Of a stretch of DNA of 33,810 bases, positions 1 through 8,319 are shown piece after piece; positions within the stretch are counted from its first letter, which is position 1; every line of letters begins with the position of its first letter. The notes beneath the pieces were generated by a model that ran no database searches, was not told the origin of the DNA, and was given only the letters and a program-made list of their open reading frames with translations. The position numbers and the translations under genes are program-made. This DNA comes from Acidobacteriota bacterium (GTDB lineage: Bacteria; Acidobacteriota; Aminicenantia; UBA2199): assembly GCA_028749105.1 (NCBI GenBank), contig JAQUQF010000002.1, positions 1-33,810 on the forward strand, in the 5' to 3' direction.

Positions 1-28
1 AAAGAAGGAATTCGCCAAACCGAAGAGC

Positions 29-277
29 ATGATAACGAGCACCGTCCTGTTGTTGACCATGGCCGGATTCACCTTCCTCATGGGCATCTATTTCATGTGC
101 ATCGACTTGCTGCGTCCCGGCATGCCGGAAGCCGTCGTCCTGGAACTGAAGATGGTCGGTTATCACTGCTTCGCCCTCGGCTTCGGTTTCCTGTGCTACC
201 TGAAGCTGGTTTTCGACAAATACAAGCTGTATTTATCACGGCCTGAAGAGGATCGGGGCGGCGACAAGGAAACGTAA
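29..277 (+). CDS. Small hydrophobic (membrane) protein, possibly the C-terminal end of a longer ORF entering from the left edge
   Basis: The frame is open back to nt 2 with no upstream stop. TM-like segments are present (VLLLTMAGFTFLMGIYFMCI, CFALGFGFLCYL). No family recognised. Confidence 0.3.
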   Translation: MITSTVLLLTMAGFTFLMGIYFMCIDLLRPGMPEAVVLELKMVGYHCFALGFGFLCYLKLVFDKYKLYLSRPEEDRGGDKET

Positions 278-411
278 CCCGGACCGTCAGCCCCGCAGGC
301 GCAGCAGCCGCTCGGCCTTGGAAAAAACGCAGCCGCAATAGTCCTGGTGGCGGATTCCCATTCAATAGATGTCCGGTCGCTGGGTTTCAATTAATAAGGG
401 ATTGCATCCGC

Positions 412-440
412 TTGCACCCCGGTGGCGATTGCCTTATAAT
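412..440 (+). promoter_or_regulatory. Sigma70-like promoter upstream of the methyltransferase
   Basis: TTGCAC (412-417), 17-nt spacer, perfect TATAAT (435-440). Confidence 0.4.
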
Positions 441-481
441 TTGTGAAGCGAGCTATCTGACCTTGTGGAACGAAGGAGAAT

Positions 482-1189
482 ATGCCATTGCTGGAATTTA
501 AAATAAAATCAATCCGGCGGATCGGGCGCCCTCGGTCGATAGGCAATCGGGTTGGCTCGTTTTTTTTGTTTCGATTGGGTTCCATGGCGTCCAAGTGGAC
601 TCATATTTACCGCAATTACGGCTATGGAGGAAAACGGTTTGGTTGGGGTTCCGGGTCTGATTTGACGCAAACGGCTGTCATAAGGGAAGAAATTCCGAGA
701 ATAATAGAGGAATTGGGTATAAAAGTGCTGCTGGATTGTCCATGCGGAGATCTCAATTGGATGCAGCATGTCGATTTGAAATTGGACAAGTATATTGGAG
801 TGGATATTGTCAAGGAGATGATCGAGTTGAACAGGCACAAGTTCAAAAAGCCGGGTTATTCATTCCATGAACTGGATATGACGAAGGACGTTTTGCCGAA
901 GGCGGATATGATCCTGTGCCGCGACTGCCTGGTTCATTTTTCATTCCGGGATGCCGACGCCGCCTTGAATCGATTCAGGGAGAGCGGGGCCCGTTATATT
1001 TTAACAACGACTTTCCCAAAGCGCGTTAATAACTCAGATACAATGACCGGGGTATGGCGCCCGATCAACCTGCAATTGGCCCCATTCAATTTTCCAGACC
1101 CGGTCAAAATGATCAATGAGAATTGCAGCCAGGCCGAGGGCTTGTACAAGGATAAAAGCCTGGGCTTGTGGCGGTTGGAAGACGTATAA
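482..1189 (+). CDS. Class I SAM-dependent methyltransferase
   Basis: Motif-I-like VLLDCPCGDLNW and post-I/II ILCRDCLVHF. AAGGAG at 473-478 sits just before ATG 482. An alternative start at ATG 584 (MASKWTHIYRNYGYGG...) would fit a ~200 aa enzyme. Confidence 0.75.
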   Translation: MPLLEFKIKSIRRIGRPRSIGNRVGSFFLFRLGSMASKWTHIYRNYGYGGKRFGWGSGSDLTQTAVIREEIPRIIEELGIKVLLDCPCGDLNWMQHVDLKLDKYIGVDIVKEMIELNRHKFKKPGYSFHELDMTKDVLPKADMILCRDCLVHFSFRDADAALNRFRESGARYILTTTFPKRVNNSDTMTGVWRPINLQLAPFNFPDPVKMINENCSQAEGLYKDKSLGLWRLEDV

Positions 1190-1273
1190 AACCCGCTGCT
1201 TGGATCGAGGCAGTACCGCTGCGATAAGAAATAAAGCAAGCTTTTATTCGCGGCCATGAGACGCTGCGCTTCC

Positions 1274-1302
1274 TTGACATTCCCGACATATTCCAGTTAA
1301 AT
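1274..1302 (+). promoter_or_regulatory. Sigma70-like promoter upstream of the radical SAM gene
   Basis: TTGACA (1274-1279), 17-nt spacer, TTAAAT (1297-1302). Confidence 0.35.
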
Positions 1303-1433
1303 ACCAATTGCGCATAGGAGTAAAAAGCCTGCATTGGATCATCATGTCACGTGAAGAGAGGATCAAGATTCGATCGTCGTTCACTCTGTGTTTCGGGTTA
1401 AAAACCAACCCGGGCAACCCATAAGAGGGGGAA

Positions 1434-2702
1434 GTGCATAAATCCAAGCGGGTACTCCTGATGACCCCCCCGCAACCGCCCCTGGGAACCTCGCCCATGC
1501 ATTATGGTGACGGCAGGCCCATGCTGGGTCTCGGTTTTTTGGCGGCGTACATTGAGAAATTCGGCCATCGCGCGCGAATCATTGATAATTTCATTGAGCC
1601 ACACGATACAGAACAGGAGATCAGCCGGTTTCAGCCGGATTTTATCGGCCTCTATGTCAATACCACCAGTTACATGATGGCGCTCAAGCTGATCCGCGAG
1701 ATCAGGAAAACCACCCAAATTCCCATCATATGCGGCGGCCCGCACGCCTCCATCCTGCCAGACACGCTTGTCGATTTCGCAGACTATGTGGTGGTCGGGG
1801 AAGGCGAGCGTGCTTTGAAGGCAATCATCGAGACTGCACCAAAAGAGAAAATTATCCGCTATGCTTTTATAAAGGATCTGGATATGCTTCCCTGGCCGGA
1901 CTACAGCCATTTCATCGACAATCCGCATAATTGGAAATTGACGCTATTCAACGATGAAGCCGAACCGGTGCTGACCATGAACACCAGCCGGGGATGTCCT
2001 TATCGCTGCACCTTCTGTTCCGTTGAGGCCGTTTGGGGGAAATCATACCGGGTATTTTCTGCATCCAGGATTGTGGAGGAGATCGAGCATCTCATGGCTC
2101 AATATGGCGCAAAAGGCATTTATTTCCGCGAGGATAATTTTACTGCCCATCGCAAGCGTCTTGCCGAGTTCTGCGGCTTGATCGAGCAAAAAAAGCTGCA
2201 GTTTGTCTGGACATGTGAAACCAGGGCCGATCTGGAGGATCACTTCATCGAGCGCATGGCGAAAACGGGATGCCATGGAGTTTATGTCGGGTTGGAAAAC
2301 GGCTGCCAGCGAATCCTTGACCTGATGAATAAAAATATTTCGCTGGGTCAGATCAGGAAATTCTTCAAGCGCTGCCGGAAAGCGGGGATCAAAACCTATG
2401 CGTCCGTCTGCTACGGTATCCCCGGGGAAACGGAGAACGACCGGAAAATTTCCGAGGAGTTCCTTCTGGAAGTTGCTCCGGACGCATTGGATCGCTTCGT
2501 GTACACCGGTCTGCCGGGCAGCCCGCTCTACAAGTATATCAAGGAAAACAAGCTATATTACCACATCGACGAGAGCCGATTCCTTTACACCGATAGTTTT
2601 AAGGAGTTGATACCGCGATACTGCCCGGCGACAGACAACCGGGTGAATTTTTTAAGGCGCCAGGATCGTTCTCTGAAGATGCGCCGAAGGAAAGTCAAGT
2701 GA
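1434..2702 (+). CDS. B12-binding-domain radical SAM enzyme
   Basis: The N-terminal Rossmann-like part (KRVLLMTPP, IPIICGGPHAS) is followed by SRGCPYRCTFCS, a CX3CX2C radical SAM motif. GTG start after a purine-rich GAGGGGG. Confidence 0.85.
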   Translation: MHKSKRVLLMTPPQPPLGTSPMHYGDGRPMLGLGFLAAYIEKFGHRARIIDNFIEPHDTEQEISRFQPDFIGLYVNTTSYMMALKLIREIRKTTQIPIICGGPHASILPDTLVDFADYVVVGEGERALKAIIETAPKEKIIRYAFIKDLDMLPWPDYSHFIDNPHNWKLTLFNDEAEPVLTMNTSRGCPYRCTFCSVEAVWGKSYRVFSASRIVEEIEHLMAQYGAKGIYFREDNFTAHRKRLAEFCGLIEQKKLQFVWTCETRADLEDHFIERMAKTGCHGVYVGLENGCQRILDLMNKNISLGQIRKFFKRCRKAGIKTYASVCYGIPGETENDRKISEEFLLEVAPDALDRFVYTGLPGSPLYKYIKENKLYYHIDESRFLYTDSFKELIPRYCPATDNRVNFLRRQDRSLKMRRRKVK

Positions 2703-3808
2703 CCCAGCCTACCAAATCTGACCTGCTCAAAGCCGAGCGCAAGTTACCGGGAGAAACAGTCTCGTTTTCCATAGGCGATAAAGCGATCGGCAAGGACTCC
2801 CCCACTTTCATCGTGGCCGAAGGTGCGAACAATCATCTCGGCGATCTTGCTATCGCCAAAAAGATGGTCGATGCCGCAGCGCAAAATGGCGCCGATGCCA
2901 TCAAGTTCCAGACTTTTAAGGCGGAGCGTCTGGTTGTAAAGGATGCGCCGATTTTCTGGAAAATGCCCGGCGTTAAGACCCAGCTTGATTTTTACAAGAC
3001 GATAGACAAATTCGGCAAAAAGGAATTCCGGGACCTGTTCCGTCATGCAAAAAAAAGAGGAATCATTTGTTTTTCGACGCCATTTGACTGCGCGAGCGCC
3101 GACATGCTGCTCGAGCTGGATATGCCGGCGTTTAAGATCGCTTCTTGCGATATCCCCGACCTTCGCCTGATCCGGCATGTGGCAAGGTTTGGCAAGCCAC
3201 TTTTTATTTCAACGGGCGCCTCTGAACTCGAAGAGATCCGGCGCGTTGTCGAAACCGCGTACGCGCAGGGCAATTTTAAGATCGCCCTTTTATGCTGCAC
3301 CTTAAGCTACCCGACCCAAGTGGCTGACATGAACCTGTCGCGCTTGACGACATTCAGTAAAATGTTTCCTGGCGTGATCATCGGGCTTTCTGACCATAGT
3401 GAACCGGATGCGCAGATGGTATTGCCCTCTCTTGCCGTCGCGCTCGGCGCAAAAGTGATCGAGAAGCATTTCACCCTGAGCAGAAAAATGGCCGGAGTCG
3501 GGCATCGCTTTTGTGTCGAGCCGTCCGATTTAAAAAAGATGGTTGAAAACATTCGCTTAACCGAGAAAGCGATGGGTTGCCGGGAAATTAAAGTTTATGC
3601 CGCTGAAGAGAATTCGCGTCAAAACGCCCGGCGCAGCCTCGTGGCGAACAGAAGGATCAAAAAGGGTGAAAAATTATCCAGCGCGATGATCGGCATCAAG
3701 CGGCCCGGCACGGGAATTTCTCCGAGCGATATCGACAACGTGCTGGGAAAGATCGCCAGGTTTGATATTGAGCACGACCACCAGATCACCTGGAAGCTAC
3801 TGAAATGA
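2699..3808 (+). CDS. NeuB/PseI/SpsE-family sugar-PEP condensing synthase (nonulosonic-acid-synthase-like) with C-terminal SAF domain
   Basis: FIVAEGANNHLGDLAIAKKMVDAAAQNGADAIKFQTF, GLSDHS, and a SAF-like ARRSLVANRRIKKGEKL..IKRPGTGISP. The GTG start overlaps the upstream stop as GTGA (2699-2702). Confidence 0.85.
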   Translation: MTQPTKSDLLKAERKLPGETVSFSIGDKAIGKDSPTFIVAEGANNHLGDLAIAKKMVDAAAQNGADAIKFQTFKAERLVVKDAPIFWKMPGVKTQLDFYKTIDKFGKKEFRDLFRHAKKRGIICFSTPFDCASADMLLELDMPAFKIASCDIPDLRLIRHVARFGKPLFISTGASELEEIRRVVETAYAQGNFKIALLCCTLSYPTQVADMNLSRLTTFSKMFPGVIIGLSDHSEPDAQMVLPSLAVALGAKVIEKHFTLSRKMAGVGHRFCVEPSDLKKMVENIRLTEKAMGCREIKVYAAEENSRQNARRSLVANRRIKKGEKLSSAMIGIKRPGTGISPSDIDNVLGKIARFDIEHDHQITWKLLK

Positions 3809-3874
3809 GCGACCGTAGGGTCATTCATTGTTTTTCCGCTGGGAAATGAAAAGTCCAAGATCTTTCAACATTTT

Positions 3875-4999
3875 TTAATCGTTTTTTCTATTGTTAATTA
3901 TCCGGTTTAATATTTTTTCAGCGATGATTTTGTTACCGTTTGGAGATACATGCATGTTGTCAATGTAGATATGTTCATTACCATCAAAAGCGGCTGTCAG
4001 GTCAACAATTCCTTTGGACAAATCACGATATTTGGGTTCATTCAACATTCGTGCAATTTCTGCGTATAATGCCTGAAACTTAGGTCCTACATTTTCATCA
4101 ATATGCAAATAATCCTTCTTGGGATGACCCAGATAGATAGTTGGCTGAAGAATACCAATAAACTCAGCACCAATTTTGTCCGCAAGATCTTTGCTTGATT
4201 GCCAGCTTTCAAGTAAACCTGATGCTACTTGCTTAACACGTTCGCTTTCCATTTTATTGTCATTGCCGAATGTTTTTTTATTCCCTTGCTTTAATCTTAC
4301 CAACATCTTGAGCTTGTCGATAAATATTTTTAAAGGCCGGATAAAAAAATACCTGAAAGACATGACTTCATTTCTGTCCATTCCTTGCATCGCTTCATTA
4401 ATCTGTCTTTCCCGGATATGGCTGAACGGCTTTACGGCAAGATCCAATGCTGTTATCTCATTAATGCCATCATAGCAAACAATAATATCGGGTTTCAAAC
4501 CTTCAATAGTTTTTATTTTAAGGAAGAGATACCCCTGAAAAGCATTATAACTTGTTTCTGCCAAGTTAAGGACACGATAAGTGCCATTGGCCAATGCCGC
4601 AAATTGCGCCGGGATTGTATTGATGTCATTAGATCCGGTACCCCACATTGTCGAACCACCCAGAAATGCAACCAATTTGGAAGTATCATTAACCTTTTCT
4701 GATTGTGGCGTAACTCTCAGGCCATTATCATCAATATTGATTGTTTCGCCTTTAAAAGGAAGCCTTCTCCAGCCAACATAAGATTTGTATTCAGTTGGTA
4801 GGTTTGCAAATTCCTTAAAGTGTTTTGTGGCCCAAGCAGTATTTTTATAATTAGGCAGATTCATCCTGATCTCACTGCTTGGTTTTATCATTGAATATCC
4901 TTGAAATATCAGTATTGCCGCAAAATTCAAGGACAGCAACAGCCCCAGAAAAACCAGGATATTAATGAAGATAAGTTTCAACAACTTTTTCATAAACAC
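3875..4999 (-). CDS. Membrane-anchored or exported SGNH/GDSL-type hydrolase (esterase or O-acyltransferase-like)
   Basis: N-terminal signal anchor KLLKLIFINILVFLGLLLSL. SGNH blocks are present: FLGGSTMWG (block I Ser), YDGINE (block III), IDNMHVS (DxxH block V). The gene is markedly AT-rich. Confidence 0.7.
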   Translation of the reverse strand: MFMKKLLKLIFINILVFLGLLLSLNFAAILIFQGYSMIKPSSEIRMNLPNYKNTAWATKHFKEFANLPTEYKSYVGWRRLPFKGETINIDDNGLRVTPQSEKVNDTSKLVAFLGGSTMWGTGSNDINTIPAQFAALANGTYRVLNLAETSYNAFQGYLFLKIKTIEGLKPDIIVCYDGINEITALDLAVKPFSHIRERQINEAMQGMDRNEVMSFRYFFIRPLKIFIDKLKMLVRLKQGNKKTFGNDNKMESERVKQVASGLLESWQSSKDLADKIGAEFIGILQPTIYLGHPKKDYLHIDENVGPKFQALYAEIARMLNEPKYRDLSKGIVDLTAAFDGNEHIYIDNMHVSPNGNKIIAEKILNRIINNRKND

Positions 5000-5034
5000 G
5001 AACTAACAGGAAAATTAATTCTCTCCATGATGGG

Positions 5035-5063
5035 ATTTTAGAGTAGTTTTATTGAAATAACAA
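5035..5063 (-). promoter_or_regulatory. Sigma70-like promoter for the SGNH gene
   Basis: On the minus strand: TTGTTA (5063-5058), 17-nt spacer, TAAAAT (5040-5035). Confidence 0.3.
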
Positions 5064-5094
5064 TAAGCAGGCGATAAACCATATTCCTTAAGCC

Positions 5095-6234
5095 CTATAC
5101 CGATTTCAAAAACTTCTTGAAAATTCTTTTCCTTTTGTGCTGGACGGGATTGAAATACTTCCACTGCGCCTGGATCTTGTTGTTGGTTTCCAGCTCCTGG
5201 TTGCTCTCGGTGAAGCGGAAACCTTTGGCCACTGCCGCACGCGCAATATTCACCACCATCAGCAGGTCAACCCCCATGCCGCGGTACGACTTTTTGATGC
5301 CGGCCAGATAGAAGTCCAGGACGTCGTTGTTCTTAAAGGCGCGCAGCAAATGCCACCAACCCAGGGGGAATAGGCGGCCGTTGGCTTTTTGGAAAGCAAG
5401 GGAGAGGCTGGGCATGGCGATCATGAAGCCGATCATCTCGTCCTTTTCATTGACCACGGCCTGGATCAGGTCCTTGTCCACAAACGAAAAATATTTCTTT
5501 ATGTAATACTGGATCTGCCTTTCGGTCAGGGGGACGGAGCCGTAGATCTCGTCGAAGGCCTCGTCCAGGAGGTGGAACAGCTCCACCGCACGGCCAAGGA
5601 TATCCTTTTTCTTCTCGAACTTGATCAGGCGCAGATTGCCGCGCTCCAGGATGCGGTCGGCCAGGCGCAGCAGCTTCTCGGGAAAAGCCGACATCTCTTT
5701 GGGCACCTGGGCGCGGAATTCAACATAGTCGATCTCCTTGACATAGCCGAGGCCCTCCACCAGTTTCTGGTAGTAGGGGAAATTGTAGTAGCCGGCGATC
5801 GTCGGCAGCTGATCGAAACCTTCGACCAGCATGCCCTGGGGGTCAAGGTCGCAGAAGCCGTGGGGGCCGGAGAGCGTTTCCAGGCCCAATTCCCTTGCCC
5901 ACCCCTCGACGGCCTGAAACAGAGCGGCGGCGACCTCGGGGTTGTTGATGCTGTCGAACCAGCCGAAGCGCAGGTTCTTCGTGCCGTATTTTTCGTTGGC
6001 GGCGCGGTTGTGAATGGCGGCGATGCGGCCGACGGGCCGGCCGTCCTGATAGGCCAAAAAGAGCCGCGAATCGGAGTAATCGAAGGCCGGGTTCTTCTCC
6101 CTGTCGAAGATCTCCATATCGTCGCGGATGAGCTGGGGGACCCACATGGGGTCGTCCTTATAAAGGGTGAAGGGAAGCGTTACAAATGTTTTAAGATATT
6201 TTTTATCCAGTACTTCCTTGATAGACACGGCCAT
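5095..6234 (-). CDS. GNAT-superfamily N-acyltransferase-like protein (~380 aa two-lobed type)
   Basis: The N-terminal region LPFTLYKDDPMWVPQL..DREKNPAF and RPVGRIAAI.. resembles conserved GNAT-like proteins. A C-terminal acyl-CoA-binding-like stretch is YLAGIKKSYRGMGVDLLM. Confidence 0.65.
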   Translation of the reverse strand: MAVSIKEVLDKKYLKTFVTLPFTLYKDDPMWVPQLIRDDMEIFDREKNPAFDYSDSRLFLAYQDGRPVGRIAAIHNRAANEKYGTKNLRFGWFDSINNPEVAAALFQAVEGWARELGLETLSGPHGFCDLDPQGMLVEGFDQLPTIAGYYNFPYYQKLVEGLGYVKEIDYVEFRAQVPKEMSAFPEKLLRLADRILERGNLRLIKFEKKKDILGRAVELFHLLDEAFDEIYGSVPLTERQIQYYIKKYFSFVDKDLIQAVVNEKDEMIGFMIAMPSLSLAFQKANGRLFPLGWWHLLRAFKNNDVLDFYLAGIKKSYRGMGVDLLMVVNIARAAVAKGFRFTESNQELETNNKIQAQWKYFNPVQHKRKRIFKKFLKSV

Positions 6235-6316
6235 GGGATCACCTCAGGGGCGATTATAGCAAAGAGGAGACTTTTTTACAAAAGCAAACAGCCGTAACAC
6301 GCAATGAATGGATCGG

Positions 6317-7054
6317 CTAGATCTTGGAAATATCAATGCTCCCGTTCACAGTCTCGACATTCACCTTGTACTTGCCGCCATCGTTGACCTTGCCGCTGAA
6401 CGAGCTGCCGACTAGGTGCTTTTCAACCTTGATGCCGAACTCGTTGTCGATGGAGCCGTTGATCGTGCGCCCCTCGACCCAGAAGGCCGACTTGCGGTTG
6501 AGCTCGATGGTGATGGCGCCGTTGACCGTTTCGACGTCCAGGTCGCCGCTCAAAAGGGGCTCCTGGGAGAGCGCGATGGCGCCGTTGACCGTCTTGAAGG
6601 AGCCGGCACGGAACTCGCCGTCAAAATCGATCCTGCCGTTCACGGTCTTGAGCTTCAGGTCGGAGAACTTGCCGGAGCAGTCAAGCGTGCCGTTCACCGA
6701 CTTGAATTCGGCCCTGGCCAGCTTTTCGGGGAGGGAGACAACGAAGTCGACCTTGGCCTTGGCGTTGCGCTTGTTGTACTTCACCTTGACCCGCAGCGCG
6801 TCGCCTGTTTGATCAAAGACCACCTCGACATTCTCTATTTCCCCTTTATGGTCGGACTTCTTGATGGCCTTGATCTCGACGGTTTCGCCGCCGCTGGACG
6901 TGATGTCGATCGTGCCGTTGATGTTCGCCAGCTCCATGCTCCCTCCGGCCGGCAGCTTGAAGCTTTTGTTAATCTTCTGCTCATGGTTTTCGGCGAAAAG
7001 GCCAGTGAATGCCAGCAACAGAACCAGCAGCGCATAATTCAGTTTTTTGACCAT
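6317..7054 (-). CDS. Secreted DUF4097-like repeat protein (putative adhesin/beta-helix)
   Basis: Signal peptide MVKKLNYALLVLLLAFTGLFA. Repeated (I/V)NG(S/T/A)I(D) units: INGTIDI, VNGTLD, VNGRIDF, VNGAIAL, VNGAITI, INGSIDN, VNGSIDI. Start trimmed to ATG 7054. Confidence 0.7.
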   Translation of the reverse strand: MVKKLNYALLVLLLAFTGLFAENHEQKINKSFKLPAGGSMELANINGTIDITSSGGETVEIKAIKKSDHKGEIENVEVVFDQTGDALRVKVKYNKRNAKAKVDFVVSLPEKLARAEFKSVNGTLDCSGKFSDLKLKTVNGRIDFDGEFRAGSFKTVNGAIALSQEPLLSGDLDVETVNGAITIELNRKSAFWVEGRTINGSIDNEFGIKVEKHLVGSSFSGKVNDGGKYKVNVETVNGSIDISKI

Positions 7055-7154
7055 GGTGCACCTCCATCTGGCATACAAACGCAAGAGAACTAGGCAAAGT
7101 TCGTGACTCCAAAGAATTTAAAGGGGAAACAAATGAACTTCCCTGTTCTTCCCT

Positions 7155-7478
7155 TTATACAGTCGCTTTATGGATATTCCTCTTCTGTCTGTGAATCTGG
7201 CGATGGCAGTAGCTGATCTGCTTTTTGTCCTTGGCGGCGATGGCGGCGGCAAGCTTCTCCTTCATGCGCCGGATATTGGCCTTGACCTGGGCCCTGTTCA
7301 GCCCAACCACCTGGTGGTGTTCGCGCATGTCGATGTTCAGGGCCTTGCAGAGGGCGACCAGAAGGTGCTCCTTGTTCATTTGCGAATGGCCCTTCACCGC
7401 ATCGTTTTCAATCGTGGCGGCGATTTCGCGCAGCTCGGCAACGGTCTTTTTCTTGAGATCAGCGTGAGTGTAGGTCAT
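7155..7478 (-). CDS. Small Rho_N (SAP-like) domain protein with basic C-terminal tail
   Basis: LKKKTVAELREIAATI matches the Rho N-terminal helix-extended-helix motif. GGAGGCA lies upstream of ATG 7478. Confidence 0.55.
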   Translation of the reverse strand: MTYTHADLKKKTVAELREIAATIENDAVKGHSQMNKEHLLVALCKALNIDMREHHQVVGLNRAQVKANIRRMKEKLAAAIAAKDKKQISYCHRQIHRQKRNIHKATV

Positions 7479-7583
7479 AGTGCCTCCATAGTTAGTAGTT
7501 GCCTGGATTGTAAAAAATATCCTGTAAAAATTCAAGGGGAAGGTGGTTGAATGAAACCCGGTTTGTGGTGCAACTGGATTTCA

Positions 7584-8318
7584 TCAATTTTTTGGCTTTT
7601 CCCCGAAAAACGTCTCGGACAGCTTCTCGAAGTGAATGAAATTGCCGATGTTTTTCAAGGCCAGCAAGGCGGCCTCTTGCTCGGCTTCCCGCCTGTTGCG
7701 GCCGGTGCCGCTGCCGATCTCGTTCCCCTCCAGGAAAACGGCCACGCGGAAAACGGTGTCGGGCGGCTTGCCGCTCTCCCCTGTCACCTTGTAGGAGGGC
7801 AGGATGTTGCGGTGCTTCTGGATCAGCTCCTGCAGCTCCGACTTGTAGTCGTTAATGCGCAGCTCGTCGCCGATCAGCCCGTCCAGGATCTCGCGGAACA
7901 GCTCGCCGACGACGCCCGAGACAACAATAAAGTCGGAATCGATGTACAGGGCGCCGATCAGGGCCTCGAGGCAGGAGGAGACGATTTTGCTGTTGCGCCT
8001 GCCGTCGTTCTTCTCCTCGCCGCGGCCGAGCAGCAGGTGGCCGCCCAGTCCCAGCGACTTGGCCACGCGAAACAGCACCTTGCTCGAAACCAGGTGGGCC
8101 CGCAGCTTGGCCAGGTCGCCCTCGCGCAGGTCGCGGCAGCGGCGGTAAATGGCGTCGGTGATGGCCAGGCCGATGACCGAGTCGCCCAGGAACTCCAGTC
8201 GCTCGTTGTCCAGGCCGTGGTTGCGCCCCCCCTCGTTGTACGACTTATGGGTCAGGGCGGTGCGCAGGAGCTCGCGGTCCTTGAAGCGATAGCCCAGCCT
8301 TTTTTCCAGATCGTCCAT
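7584..8318 (-). CDS. rnc: Ribonuclease III
   Basis: RNase III signature ERLEFLGDSV and a C-terminal dsRBD (GESGKPPDTVFRVAVFL..GTGRNRREAEQEAA). Confidence 0.95.
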   Translation of the reverse strand: MDDLEKRLGYRFKDRELLRTALTHKSYNEGGRNHGLDNERLEFLGDSVIGLAITDAIYRRCRDLREGDLAKLRAHLVSSKVLFRVAKSLGLGGHLLLGRGEEKNDGRRNSKIVSSCLEALIGALYIDSDFIVVSGVVGELFREILDGLIGDELRINDYKSELQELIQKHRNILPSYKVTGESGKPPDTVFRVAVFLEGNEIGSGTGRNRREAEQEAALLALKNIGNFIHFEKLSETFFGEKPKN

Positions 8319-8319
8319 C

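Noticed and set aside
1190-1260. Possible intrinsic terminator after the methyltransferase (aaagcaagcttt)
   Set aside because: The stem is only 5 bp with a 2-nt loop and no proper U-tract, so it is not a credible terminator.
5389-6297. 302-aa plus-strand ORF, together with 6416-7093 (+), 7551-8336 (+), 12571-13455 (+), 13187-14422 (+), 23003-23947 (-), 24062-24778 (+), 25319-26005 (+), 26137-26823 (+) and 31863-33059 (+)
   Set aside because: All lie opposite genes with clear family signatures, lack motifs and have low-complexity translations. They are GC-bias artefacts.
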